Notes: generated by a model from the letters alone, not told the origin. 64,000 bases of DNA from Paraphysomonas bandaiensis (GCA_965644295.1 CBFFRP010000150.1:310001-374000); one strand, 5' to 3'; shown: positions 51,570 to 64,000, counted from the stretch's first letter. A program made the numbers and translations.

Positions 51570-52362
51570 TTATTGAAAGTCTTTTTATTTAGTAATAGGC
51601 GTTAAGAACCTGCACCAATGTAGTGGCTAGTTGAATTCTAGAAAAAGAGTGGACAACGTGGGCTTAAGTGAATGCATCAGGGGGAATGGCAAGCGGAAAT
51701 TTTACCACCAAACCACTGATGCAAAAGTATATCTAGATATCTATTAATATTATAAATAACAGGGCTGCGTATGTCTATTAATTGTCAATTATTAAAATAG
51801 AGTTGCAGCTATAATTAATTGACTGCAGCTTGTTTCAACTAGTTCATAAAAATTGCTGTCAATTACACACTGAGAAGGTATAATTGGAGCGCGTATAAGC
51901 GGTACATAATACAGTAGTGTATGTCTTATTACTTATTATCAGCTATTAGCAATATGCATTGCTTTATGAGTCAGAACTAATTTAGAATCTAGCATCGCAA
52001 TTTAACTCTAATATCCAGCGCCATAGAAAGCACCTAGGTCCAACCACTTTTGTTCTTGAGTATGTGTGGGACCTTCCTTGGGTGCCAGGGGGATCATTTT
52101 CAGCACCGAAACTATTTTTAATGAAACACGCGCCAGTGAGCCCTCAAACACACGAGCAGGGCGAACTCACACACAACATCAAGAACGGAAGTGGTTGCAC
52201 CTTGGTGCTTGCGGCGACGCACAAGCAGCTTCTGTAGCGTTAAATAGTAGGATAATAGAATTTGTGCTGATTAGTTATGGGTAGAGGTCTAACTAGTAGA
52301 CTAGTATTCAACTAGCCACTATATCGGAACGAGTTTTTAACGCCTATTGCTAAATAAAAAGA
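51570..52362. mobile_element. MITE-like composite bounded by inverted GTCTTTTTATTTAGYAATAGGCGTTAA ends
   Basis: 51578-51642 and 52300-52362 are inverted copies from the family also seen at 24793 and 26540. Internal 51920-52015 matches 24530-24610 in reverse. No clear TSD was found. Confidence 0.55.
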
Positions 52363-53013
52363 CATTAAATATGATGACTGCATGCTTATGTTGAAACAGC
52401 ATTCTTTGCTGTGTAATCCAATGGGATTTATCTATATGAGTGGTGAGCGTACTGTACCGCAATATCATTTTTAAACATACTAAATTTTTCGTTTAAACAT
52501 CCCTCTAAACTAAGTTGAGCCATATTCAAATTGAGTAGAATCATAAGAAATTCTTAACGTAGTAGGAATATCTGAAAGATTTACTAGGTTCAGCTGGAAT
52601 TTTAATTTAATATGGACCGAATAATTTAGTAGGGACATATATATGACTGTACTGTACCAGAAGTCACTGCTACTCATCATTAATTCGCCATTGAAAAATC
52701 CAGCATATTTTCATAAGTGGCTGTGCACCTGCTTTTCACATTGTGAAGCTGTAATGATCACGCCTCGTGGGTATAAAATTAGATTGTTTAGTTTACATGT
52801 TTTCCATTGCATACATCGTAATCGTCTCTTCATGGTACTTTTTTTGAACAAAACAAAACAGGGTAGGTACTGACAATGTTTTGAACGCTGAAATTTATTA
52901 TAATATACGTTTTTAATAAGACGTAACGACACTGGTATAATTGACTCTTCAAATGTAGCTTCATATGAGTCGCCTTAGAAATAGGAACAAATGGCAATGC
53001 CGTTCACTGAAGG

Positions 53014-54144
53014 CTATGCGTTGAGGCAGTCGACATGCGGCAAATGCCTGCCTCCCAGCAGCTGCTTTTCCAATTTACTATACATTTGATCGACGTATAC
53101 AAGGATACTTTCAAGTGAACAATCACCCCGACTTTTGCAATCAAAACACCTGTCCAATGCGTTAACAATTGTTTGCCATTTTGCAGGAGAGATTGTGGGT
53201 AGGGCGGCTTCCAGACTCCGTTTGTGCGCCTCGTAGCAATCACCATTAACTTCCATATCGAAAATCAAGTCCGCTTCTTTCCTCCTCAATCGTCTCTTTT
53301 CAAGTGCAAACTCTTCCCATGATATCTTATCATCGTTATTGGAATCATATCGTTTCATAAATTTTATAACTTCCGACCTGGAGTCAAGGCCAGCTTTGGA
53401 AAGCTCTCTTTTGCTTAAGAATCCATTACAGTTTTCATCAGCGGATATAAATGTAGACAAATCTTTTTTCTCGTGTACATCTAGATTTATGTAGTCATGA
53501 GGTTTCCACCGACAATGCTTGTCCTCAGTAGAAGTACTCTGTGCATTATTGTTTAAAGAAGTACTAGCCTGTGGGGGTGTTTGATATTTGGCATGTAACG
53601 ATAGTGCTATGTATGCCATTAACAGTATCAAGAGTGTGGCGCTCAATTTCTCAATGAGTCCTATAATGTTCTTTAATGATAGGGGAACCACCCGCCAAAT
53701 TTCATTTGTTTTGAGTCTTAGGCGCCCGAACCATGTAGGGTTTCGTATTTTCACCAATTCTTCCTCCACCCAATTGCGTATTACTCTCTGTTTATTATCA
53801 TCAACCCGCAGTGTCTCTCGCATGACGATCACCATAGGGTTTATAGGAATGTGAGTAAAAGGATCCACTCTGCCACCGTTCTTAATCCACTTCTTAATCT
53901 CACATTCATCATATACACTAGTTACTGTGGTGCCATCCTTCTGTATAACAGTGAGATTGGTGGGTGTACGCATAATACCCTCTGAAATAGGACAAAAGAA
54001 ATCATCTCTCCCCTGTGCTCGTGCACGATTCTCCAGCATGTATTCTTCTGTCGCATTTATGCCTAAATTAATCCACCATTCATGGGGACTGATAGTGAGC
54101 AGCTGTTCAACACGACCAGCTATATCTGGCAAGAGATGTTCCAT
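53014..54144 (-). CDS. U-box + transmembrane + EF-hand protein (putative E3 ligase)
   Basis: U-box reads FFCPISEGIMRTP...YDECEIKKWI...DPFTHIPI. A hydrophobic helix reads LSATLLILLMAYIALSL. EF loops are DENCNGFLSKREL and DSNNDDKISWEEF. Confidence 0.85.
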   Translation of the reverse strand: MEHLLPDIAGRVEQLLTISPHEWWINLGINATEEYMLENRARAQGRDDFFCPISEGIMRTPTNLTVIQKDGTTVTSVYDECEIKKWIKNGGRVDPFTHIPINPMVIVMRETLRVDDNKQRVIRNWVEEELVKIRNPTWFGRLRLKTNEIWRVVPLSLKNIIGLIEKLSATLLILLMAYIALSLHAKYQTPPQASTSLNNNAQSTSTEDKHCRWKPHDYINLDVHEKKDLSTFISADENCNGFLSKRELSKAGLDSRSEVIKFMKRYDSNNDDKISWEEFALEKRRLRRKEADLIFDMEVNGDCYEAHKRSLEAALPTISPAKWQTIVNALDRCFDCKSRGDCSLESILVYVDQMYSKLEKQLLGGRHLPHVDCLNA

Positions 54145-54947
54145 TACACCTTTGAAGCTTCTTGTGTATTCTAATTATCCTCAAATACAGTCGATGTGTG
54201 TATATATAGGAGTGTGTGTTAATACTTGATTGATCTTATGTAGAGCTCGATATGTTACTCATATGAGTGTCTACGTATGTATCTATCGAGATGTCTGCTC
54301 TACTCTACTGCTCGGCTCTGTATGTATGTGTGTGCCGTATGGTATCTTTCTCCATAACAGTAGATTGAATTTCTTCAAATATGGATATTTTGTAGGGACA
54401 TTTCCACACAATTTCTTGTGCAATACAAAATACGGTGCTGTATTCCATATTATTAATGCCGCTTTTTTCAGTTTATTATAATCAGTGCACTGAGAAAATG
54501 ATATCTGTTTTCAAAATTGGTCATTTTTATGTCAAGAAATTGTTTTCCTTCAGAAATAAAGGGGTATCTGACAAAAAAAATCGGATATTTCGTAGCTGCA
54601 AATGGAAATATTTCTCTATTAGCGACTTTCTTTAAACTATGAGGAAGTGAGTAAATATGCTCATGATGGTAACTTTAATATACTGAACACTTCTATGAGG
54701 TGGGTGTGTTAGTGAGTTGAGGTACTTATATATGTGTGGACGGATCGTGTGTAGTGTGATTTTACAGTAATGGGTGAAGATTGTCAGGATGAAGATATTC
54801 CGCGACTACAGAAATCTCCTGAAGCGACTACGGAAGCAAATCTGAATTCTGTGAAATCATAAAATCAACAGAAGAGCATACGCATCATATCCATATGGAT
54901 ATAGTTACATATATCACTAACAGACACATACCTCATACAGCCTTATC

Positions 54948-56230
54948 ATGTCGAATGTTTCACAACCCAGAAACGGATCTCTATCACGATCCGACTCTTC
55001 TGTTCCAAGAGCAATTCCAGCTCTATACACTTCTATCAGTGACCCACCCACTAATCTTGACGATATCAATGCACTGATGAAGCTTGGGGCCACCACTACC
55101 TCAAAACTATACGGCAATGAAAACCATGCCGAGACCACAGTGTCTGTCTTGATGTACGATGAGTTAGCGGAGGGCCTTCTGCATCAGAATGATACGAGAG
55201 AACATGAGTCGGTCCTATCAGAAGCCAATAAATCACTCCCCTCCCTCTACGAGTATCTCTTCTCAGTTGTGCCACTTCAGGTAATGGAGTTTGAAGCAAC
55301 GTTCCTCTTGAATATAGAAGCTTTTAATATGATAGGCTCTCTGCCTGTCCTGCCAGGTCCTTGTCAGTTCTATGACTTCTGGCCCATGACATCCTGGTGC
55401 ACAGAGAAATTACAAGCCCTGGGGAGTTATCTAAGTTGCAGGTATGTACTATAGAGTTTTAATCGTCTTCGTTGACTTTCTAAATCATTTTACTTTCAGC
55501 GATTGGTGTGATTTTGCGGTCTGCTACATTGCCGATCGCTTTCCTTTCGGATTGATGAGGTGGTGTTTGAAGACAGATGAGAGTGGTGTTGTGATTAGGA
55601 ACGAGGTGAGTCTAATTTATCGTATATGCATAACGGTATGAACTAGAGTTTTGAATGTAGGAGACAGGGATGGCATCCTTAGCTGATTACGAAAAAACAG
55701 TGGTGATACCAATAGCGGTGATATCAATTGTCGTAACGGGTTGTATCATGATATATCTGATGGGGGCATTTTTTTGCTACACTTATTTGAACGGATTTTC
55801 GTTCTTTCAAGTCTTAGTGCTCCTGATTTCACTGTGTCCTTTTATTCTGGCGTTTCTGAAATGTGAGCCAAGTAACATCGGGGTCTTGTTGACGATCTAT
55901 ATTCAGTACACGTTGGCATTGTTGTACTACAGCTACATCCCCGCCTTCTACGCACCAGTAAATTACCATGATGTATCGTGGTCATCCGATGGCACTGAAA
56001 GTATGACACAAGCTGTTGACGAGTCTCGGGAGTATGGTTTGACTGTTGCTGCTTGAAGATCAGTGTCGTGGATATTGCTGCTTTCTTTCACATCACGGAA
56101 CCAAAGCACCTGACAAATCTCTTGTGTATTGCATTTACCATTTTGAACATCGTGTAGGGAATTGTTTGCGTTATCGCTGTGGACCCTGAGTATGGATGTG
56201 GAAATTCCACGAACCTTATCAACCAATGAA
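54948..56230 (+). pseudogene. Multi-exon membrane protein gene with a disrupted 3' part (hypothetical)
   Basis: Exons ~54948-55441, ~55500-55605 and 55661 onward are bounded by GT/AG and encode several TM helices. Hydrophobic coding-like sequence continues past 56056 only with a frameshift and an in-frame TAG. Confidence 0.4.
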
Positions 56231-56793
56231 CTCTTGTAATCGCTTTGTTCTTCCTATTCTTGTCACTGCTGTTTGCATATCTACCCTACAGACAGTCTGC
56301 TGCTTATTCGATAAATCAAAGTTGTTCAAGAGTTATATAGTTTGTTCTTTTATCAAGGATGTGCTACTTTTGATCAAATTTTAGAGATTTAATAATTTGG
56401 TGGTAATATATATTTCTTCAAGATCTGAGTTGCAACCCTAGATTAGTACTTCTGCAAACGGACACTGTTGGAAGGGTTGAAATCTCTGATATATAAGAGG
56501 ATGGAAGTTGCAGATAGGTTGCAAGGTGCTGTGGTAGTTTGAGTCTCGTGTAGTTAGCAACAAGTAACACATTGGTAAGCGCCACTGCATAATTTTACTG
56601 TTGTTACTACTGTAAAGTGTGCAGAAGTGCTGTTGTAAGGCAAGTCAGATTGTGAACTCCGTAAAGACAAAAGATTAGGTTGGTGTAAACCTGTAGAGGT
56701 TAAATGCAGGTCTTATAGTAATATGTACTATGTATGATAATGGCTCCATGTTATCTATCTATCTATACGTATATGTATGTATGATAATGGATT

Positions 56794-57222
56794 ATTAGTT
56801 ATATAATTACAGTTGGGAGTATGTATCCATACACACGTCTACACTAACCAACTGCCTCTCAATCACTCATACCTTACTATATATAGGTACTCCTACCCTC
56901 TCACATATGGCATCTATATATCTATATACACATGGTTCTAAATCTAACCAGTGAAATATAAATGCACACATATATCTTTCGTCACCACCTATAGTACGTA
57001 CACAGTGTGTACCTCCTTTCTATATATTAAGTAATTAATAATTATGTACGATAATGGCTCTACACTCTCTATATATGTCTATTTATGACAGTGTCTCTGT
57101 ATATTATCTAAGGGTATACACCTGCCAGCTGTTGTTATAATCACAGTCTATGAATTAGTTATATAATTACAGTTGGGAGTATGTATCTATACACACGTCT
57201 ACACTAACTAACTGCCTCTCCA
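56794..57222. repeat. Direct ~67-bp duplication at 360-bp spacing
   Basis: ATTAGTTATATAATTACAGTTGGGAGTATGTATCYATACACACGTCTACACTAACYAACTGCCTCTC occurs at 56794 and 57154. Confidence 0.9.
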
Positions 57223-59997
57223 TCACACACATATATATATATATGTATCTACCCCATTCCTAGGGCGTGGCCATAGTGTAGACTGGCTGGTGCACCACCT
57301 AAAACACCGAGATATATAGCACTGATTCTACGACCCACCCACCCGTGTACTAACGTAGCTGACCACATAGATCACGCGCAGATTCTGTTGCCCCCCCACC
57401 TGTGTTAACCTTTGCTCAGATTACGCGGGATTTCTCATAACTACGCATGACTTTTATATATTATGTAATTCGCGCAGGTTCCAGTGTAGGACCATGTGTA
57501 CCTTCCCATTATTACCTAACAAAGATTACGCGGGACTTCTCGTGACCATGCATGACTCAGTATAGGTGTAGTGACATTGGCCACCCCCCCTCCCTCAACT
57601 GCTTTATATACAATAGCGATTCTTCCGTGGACATACTTCACTTCAGTATTGGTTCCATTCATAGTGTATTTAGGGTTGAATAATGTGAGGGATCTCATTG
57701 CAGTCGATATTAAAGCATTCAGCAGAGGTCATCACATCTATGCGATATATGTCTCCACTGTGTGTGTCGTCTGCATTGATGATGAGATATTTAAGTGGAA
57801 GAGTATATAAGTGTGTTATATTGTCCCCTGTCGCATTCTACTGTTACAATGTATTATTATAGATGTTATAAGAGGTCTAGATACGAGGTATATATATGTT
57901 CTGTGTAATCGTTCTGTGCGATTCATACAACATATAGGGGCTATATATATGGTATACTGGTACATGATGTGTATGTTCACTTTGTGCTCTTCACACAGTG
58001 TACACAAGGGTTATATAGGTGCTATACGAGGCATGTGTTGACGCTGTGCTTTCCATAAGACACACAGGGACTGTATGCGTGATATGTGCTTTGTATATTC
58101 ACTCTGCGTGCTTCGTACAACACACAGAGACTATTTAAGTATTTGGGAATCTCTATGAACTCTTCAATATTATACTTGCTCATAATAGTTGAATATTTAT
58201 GCGGCGAGCACATATATGAAACCTCACCTTCATATTTTCGGGCGAGATTATCCTAAGGAAATTTTCATAGTCTTCAGTCATCTATTGTTCATTACTAGGC
58301 TTCGGTTTCTGCTCGCATCAAATTCCATCTTTCTATACAATCTATAGCCAGCAGCAACTAATGGGTCATGCCAAGTCTGACCGCATCACACACCACTCAG
58401 ACTATACGGTTGCATATTACACTAAGACATAAACATACTATTCATGGGGTGTTCTGTCCCGTAATAGTACAGCCTCACATCACCCTGGTAAAAGTATGGC
58501 ACTCGCCTCTTTGTGCTCATGTCTGCAGCCACTATGCGTATATTCTTTCTGTGGGTTCGTATAGTACACAAGGACTCTGTATTTGAGTGGTATATGATGT
58601 ATATGTTCACTGTCTATTGTCTATACATTGTATATAGAAGACAAGGACTACAAAGGTAGTAAACACAGCACTTTGCAGTGACATGGAACTCAGGATTTCT
58701 GTGTTTAGTCTATATCCTGGCTTACTCTAGTGTCTCTATTTACACTATTAGTACCTAGAGTGTTACTACCTACTGTACACAATGCGGTAGGACAGATTAG
58801 AACGATAGTAAAGCACTTATGGACGACCACTGAAGTAAAAAATTAAGTTATTCATTTCAAAACTAATAAAGAGTGTGCACTGTGGACAATTGTGCACAAA
58901 TTTAAAAATCAGCAACATCAAACTTAACTGTATGCTATACTACCTACAATCATATGCTATTCTACTTCCATAGCCTCGTTGTCATTAATTGCTTTTAGTG
59001 CCTCGATTGCATTATCGAGTCTGTACTGTCGCCTCTCCTGTGGACATTCCTCGTAGCAATATTTTCTTTGCTTTGGCTGTCACCTATCCAAGTTAGCTTG
59101 GCGTTTCTTCGCGTCGGCCTGCAACTTCTCTTCCGCTCTTGCTTGTGCAGAAAGTCCCCTTTCCACGGCATAAGCACGAAATTTCGATATCGATATATCG
59201 CTGAAGCAAGTACGTCTCGAGGGCGAGCTACTATATATGAGACGTTCAGCTCTAACCTTCGCCCTCCAACTCTGAAACCGTTTTCTACTCACTGTTTGTG
59301 CATGTCATGGACAATTGAACATATTTCATCTCGGTCGAAACAGTGACCACTGTAGTCTCTATTGCATCGCAATAACAAAACAACATATGCAGGATTTGCA
59401 TCACATAAATATACTTTCGGTAAATATACTTGTTTTAAATTACGTACAAAGATGTATATGATTTTAAGGTTCATTCTTGATAGTATGTAGAATCGTATCG
59501 CTCGGTAGTCAGCATCTTATTTTTCGGGAATAAATTGAAGCAAAACTTATCTATATAACTGCAACACAACTACGGCTGTAATACACATAATTGTTGTCTC
59601 AATAATAGAGGCATATTTGAACAAAAATATACAATGGATGCCTATACGATCAAGCAAGAAAAATAAAGAACTGAAAAAAATAAGTGGCATTGATAAAGTG
59701 AGTGATATACATATACATGTACGTACCGTGTACACGACCACATACAGAAAAAAGGAAAGGGTAACATGGCACGAAACTAGTCATTTATAGGAAAATCTAG
59801 GTTTTCTATGGTTTTAGGTAGGAATTCCAAGTTTGATTTCGTATGACATACTTCGTATATGGTTTCAGTCATATCTCGATATCACCTTCATGCCTCTTGA
59901 GACTTCATAGCTAGATCACAGACAGTCTGTACAGTAGCAGTATGTACATGTTTCTGTAGTTGAATAGCAGATAAAGTTGAATAGGAGATAGAGGCAT

Positions 59998-61050
59998 ATG
60001 CTCTTTTTCTCTTCCTTACTTTTACTCCTCTCCTCTGCCTTAGCGGGATGGTCTGTAGTCCCTCTATCGGAGTGCACAGAGTGTCTTCAGAGTGGTTACT
60101 GTGAGCGTACGAAGTCAAGTTGTTTACAATACACGCCCGACCCTTCACACACTCGCATCACCCCCTCAGAGTTCACCAAACAAATCCCTCCTGGATCAGT
60201 GATAGTATTCTACGGTGATAGTGTGATTCGAGGGTTGTTTGTTGCGGCGTTAGAGTATTTCGGACAGGGTGACTGGTGCAATCAGACCCACCATGCGATC
60301 ACTCACGCCATTCTGGCATCTGGCAAGCCGCTTCCAAGAGAGCGTGCTTTAATGGATCATACCTATCTCTGTCCGCCACCTATTGTGGAGCATAAGAATC
60401 TGACTCTCGCGTTTATGTGGAACCCTCTTCTTCACATCCCGCACTTTTTTACGAAGCGACCATGGGCAACAAATTGCACCCATAGGTGCCCCTCGACTGT
60501 GAATATATCGAACTGTGATGGTAGTCATCGACCTACCGTCGACTTGCGATGGCGGTGTGGCAATGCGTTGGATAGTCTTCAAATGAATAGTTCAAATAAG
60601 AGGCAATTTATTATCGTGTCTGGTACAGGGGTTCATTCTATTATACATCAATTTTCTTCGTTTAAAGTGCGACACAATATGAGTGATCAGGGAACTTATG
60701 AAGCAACCGAGAGAAAAATTTACGAGTGGGTAAAGCATTTCAGTTCTTGGGCAGAATGCCAGGGTAATTTAAGAGCACATAATGCAGTAGAAATTCTCGT
60801 GCCTACCCTGGAACTACAGAAACTTGGGTGGGTCAAATCACGGGTTTTCGAATATAATACGATCAGTGAAATTGTATTGCGTGCCATGAAGGAAGACACT
60901 TACCTCTCTAAAGTAGTGTTTCATGAGTATTTCAATGCGACTCCTTATATAGACTATCTCGCCTCTGTGGATGGAATTCACTACAACAGTGTTTTTAACC
61001 GATTGGTAGTCGAGAAAATACTAGGTGATGCACTGATGGCTTTTAAGTAG
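59998..61050 (+). CDS. Secreted SGNH/PC-esterase-like (O-acyl transferase/esterase) protein
   Basis: Has the signal peptide MLFFSSLLLLLSSALA, the GDS motif IVFYGDSVIRGLF and a C-terminal DGIHY (DxxH). Intronless. Confidence 0.75.
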   Translation: MLFFSSLLLLLSSALAGWSVVPLSECTECLQSGYCERTKSSCLQYTPDPSHTRITPSEFTKQIPPGSVIVFYGDSVIRGLFVAALEYFGQGDWCNQTHHAITHAILASGKPLPRERALMDHTYLCPPPIVEHKNLTLAFMWNPLLHIPHFFTKRPWATNCTHRCPSTVNISNCDGSHRPTVDLRWRCGNALDSLQMNSSNKRQFIIVSGTGVHSIIHQFSSFKVRHNMSDQGTYEATERKIYEWVKHFSSWAECQGNLRAHNAVEILVPTLELQKLGWVKSRVFEYNTISEIVLRAMKEDTYLSKVVFHEYFNATPYIDYLASVDGIHYNSVFNRLVVEKILGDALMAFK

Positions 61051-61068
61051 ATCTTTCGTGGTAATAAT

Positions 61069-62350
61069 CAGGGCCAGTCAATAATATATTGGATTGCAAA
61101 ATAAATTCAAACCCACTACTTCTTAACTACTTAAAAATTTCCTCATCCTCATCCTCATCGGTGACGTCAACATCACCATATTCATCCTATATTAATTGAA
61201 GTACTGTCGATTAGCTTTCAGAAACAAAAATCGACAACATAGGTGTAATTGGATGCATACGTTTGGCAACACTAATAAAATCAGTTTTGCAGCGCTGAAC
61301 AAGCGTTTGCATGTATTGGAAGTACATACCACATGACTCGGCACCTAATACGTATATATTATATATAACTGAAAAATTATAACATACGACAATTTTACTC
61401 AAGTACAGTAAGGTGTTACCGGAATCAGTTATCTCCAAGATAAAACTGAACAAAGTGTCGCAAGCCTTATCAGCGTTAACCTCAACACCGAATTTGTTGA
61501 TAACGTCTATGGCAGTATCAAAACATCAGTAGCAGTAAATCGGTAGAATTTCTCTTCATCGGGTAGATCCAGGGCCTGGTAACCATTAATGGTATTGCCT
61601 GGATTTGCAACTGGATTTATCCATGGAGTTGGTGTACCCGACAGAAATAACGAGGACGAGAGTGAAGGAACTGATTTTGCACAGCGTGTTCTGGTCAGCG
61701 CCGAGGTCACCAAGAGAGCTCGACTTGGTACTTATGAGTCCAACTACCGCTGCTTGCTTCATATTGAAGCACAATCTAATGTTGTTGAGAGGCTCTTTAG
61801 TCGTGCAAAGTTGATTATGACACCAGAGTGTCTAGAATTATATCCATATCGTCTAGAATTGTTGCTATTCCTACGAGCCAATTACATGTTGTGGGATGTT
61901 TATACCCTCCATGAAGATCCTGATGTGCCAGTAGAGAGCTAGAAGTAGTTAAAATTTGTAGTCTGCTCTTTAACTAAAAATTAGTAATGAAGGGGGCACA
62001 AAACTATCTATTATATGAGTGGTGCTATCTACTTTAAGTTAGTAGGTATTAATGGCCATTATAATTGCCGGGACATTTTTTATTCATGCCATTATAATTG
62101 CGGGAAGTGGGCTACCATTAATGGGCCATTAATGGTTATCAGGCCCCCTGGGTAGATCTTAATCGACAACAGTGTTGTCATTAATAACCTCTTGTACATT
62201 ACAATAAGAAACCAGGAGTATTGCTGCGGTCTTAAATGGTTGCAAATATGCACTGTAGTGGTGGGAGTCCGATGTCCAAACGTCCATTACTAGAACTAAT
62301 GCTGGTGTGAGAATAACTTTAATCATATCACGTAGCTTCAGCTCCAATTG
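61069..62350 (-). mobile_element. Degraded hAT transposon (host of the nested element)
   Basis: Terminus CAGGGCCAGTCAATAATATATTG at 61069. 61140-61330 is homologous to 47860-48075 (ERLFSAAK region). 62159-62347 encodes LVMDVWTSDSHHY, like the first-Asp hAT motif. Confidence 0.7.
61570..62150 (+). mobile_element. Nested non-autonomous hAT, 581 bp, retaining a dimerization-domain ORF
   Basis: TIRs are CAGGGCCTGGTAACCATTAATGG and CCATTAATGGTTATCAGGCCCCCTG. The 8-bp TSD GGTAGATC is at 61562-61569 and 62151-62158. ORF 61589-61942 reads SNVVERLFSRAKLIMT...LELLLFLRANYMLWD. Confidence 0.92.
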
Positions 62351-62524
62351 TTTTTAGTGCTTTCGCAGTTATCTTACCAAAAGTAGTAATCGTAATATAT
62401 ATACGCACTCAATGATTTACTTACAAATTGTAATCAATCTAACTAATCATTTATTATCATTCGCCAAATTCAAGTTATCTCAACTTAGTTTTACGTTTGT
62501 ACATCGTTTGACGAACTCATCGCA

Positions 62525-62792
62525 AGGCGTACAGTAGAAGGATACTGCTAGATCACACTCTGATTTGTGCGCTCACGCGCTTCCATATCTCTCTGCAACA
62601 TTCGTTAACTAGGTTGGGGTCTGCAAATATCAAAACCCTTCGACGCGATAATTACTTTACGTGTATGCGTTTCGTAATCATACACTGGTACAGAGGTAGT
62701 CCGGTTCTTCTTTAGGTCTATAAGACGTTGCACCAGTATATCCGTATCAAGAGCATCAGGATGGTCAAAATTTGGTTGTCTCGTTCCACCAT
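62525..62792 (-). pseudogene. Degraded partial tandem copy of uridine kinase
   Basis: Colinear similarity to ~63295-63645, including identical blocks ATTCGTTAACTAGGTTGGGGTCTGCAAATATCAAAAC and TGCACCAGTATATCCGTATCAAGAGCATCAGGATGGTCAAA, with internal deletions. Confidence 0.9.
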
Positions 62793-63095
62793 TACATTGG
62801 TACGCAGCCCAGTTATGTTAAGGTCCCCACCAAGTTGTTAGGGTTAGGAGCATGAGCTGCTGTTGTCATCTAGTACTTGATCACTAAATAATATACTATC
62901 TACTATTATCGCTTGTTATAAAAATACGTATTCAGTATCAACATCTATAAAATAGATATTGATAACGGGTTGTAGTAATAAGTAACATATTTCATTTACT
63001 TACAGCACAACAGTGAGAGAAGCAGAATTGATACATCGCACGTGTGAAGCACCCTTGAGAGCCATTCTAGAGCTACTTCGCAAGCTACGCCATAT

Positions 63096-63864
63096 CTAAG
63101 AGATGTGCATACATGATTTAGACTGCCCTTGATTTCTATTTATACACTCAGTACACACTGCATGAACACTATTACCATGCATTAATGCGGTCTTTAATTT
63201 AAGTGCGATGAGGTCCAAAGCAACTGCATTATTCCCAGACGGTATAATTATATCAGCATGTTTCTTGGAGGGCTCAACGTACAGCTCATGCATAGGGCGT
63301 ACAGTAGAAAGATACTGCTCGATAACACTCTGAGTTGTGCGCTCACGCTCTTCAATATCTCTCTGCAACCTTCGGATGAATCGTATGTCAGAGTCTGTAT
63401 CGACGAAAAGTTTAATATCAAATTCGTTAACTAGGTTGGGGTCTGCAAATATCAAAACTCCTTCGACAATAATTACTTTACGCGGATACGCAATGACAGG
63501 ATTCGGTAATCGTGTATGAGTTTTGTAATCATACACGGGTACAGAGGTAGTTTGGTTCTTCTTTAGGTCTATAAGATTTTGCACCAGTATATCCGTATCA
63601 AGAGCATCAGGATGGTCAAAGTTTCGGTTGTCTCGCTCCACCATTGTCAAGTGAGACAAGTCCTTGTAGTAACTGTCATGGCATATGAAAGTAATATCGT
63701 CCGCACCCACAGTCTCAAGAATTGCACGAGTGAGAGTAGTTTTACCACTTCCACCTACACATGTGATTTAAAGCACTTCATTATAGAGATGCTTTCAACT
63801 TACTTCCACCAGCGACACCAACAATTACAGGTCGATGTTCCTCATGAAGGCCTTCCATCTCCAT
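63096..63864 (-). CDS. udk: Uridine kinase, two exons
   Basis: The P-loop VIVGVAGGS|GSGKTT spans intron 63755-63803. Other motifs are HDSYYKD, NFDHPDALD, PVYDY, IIVEG, RFIRRLQRDI and VRPMHELYVEPSKKHADIIIP. Confidence 0.95.
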
Positions 63865-64000
63865 ATAAATAGATGGACACGAACACTTATTAATAGAAAG
63901 TGTTCTGCTTTAAGATAATAGTGTATGACTATGTGAGAAGAACAATATATCAGTGTCTCTTGAGTGTTATACTGATAACTTTGTAATGAAACACCACCTC

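Overview
This is eukaryotic genomic DNA: compact genes with short introns (mostly 50-130 nt, nearly all GT-AG) and long (TATG)n microsatellites. A flagellated stramenopile is inferred from the gene content. Recognisable genes are CCDC180/DUF4455, a mitochondrial carrier, a ~3000-aa IQ protein, OST4 (38 aa, missing from the ORF track), PGAP1, RIO1, an organellar LysRS, a p25alpha/IQ protein, a GT61 glycosyltransferase, an ADCY10-like cyclase, a Ppx/GppA-family protein, a U-box/EF-hand protein, an SGNH/PC-esterase-like secreted protein, and uridine kinase with an adjacent decayed copy. Mobile DNA includes two hAT derivatives with perfect 8-bp TSDs (one nested in an older hAT), a TGT...ACA MITE with a 4-bp TSD (Ginger-like) and an unclassified hairpin-bearing repeat family. 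The most unusual locus is about 3.05-8.85 kb, an intron-containing Crypton-type tyrosine recombinase gene. It is flanked by related CCGCACC palindromes, carries an A AAA AAG -1 slippery site or indel that would add an NLS-like tail, is followed by a five-unit array with a shared ~46-nt head, and has a divergent PWWP-like gene upstream. All family assignments come from motif recognition by eye; no database searches were run.
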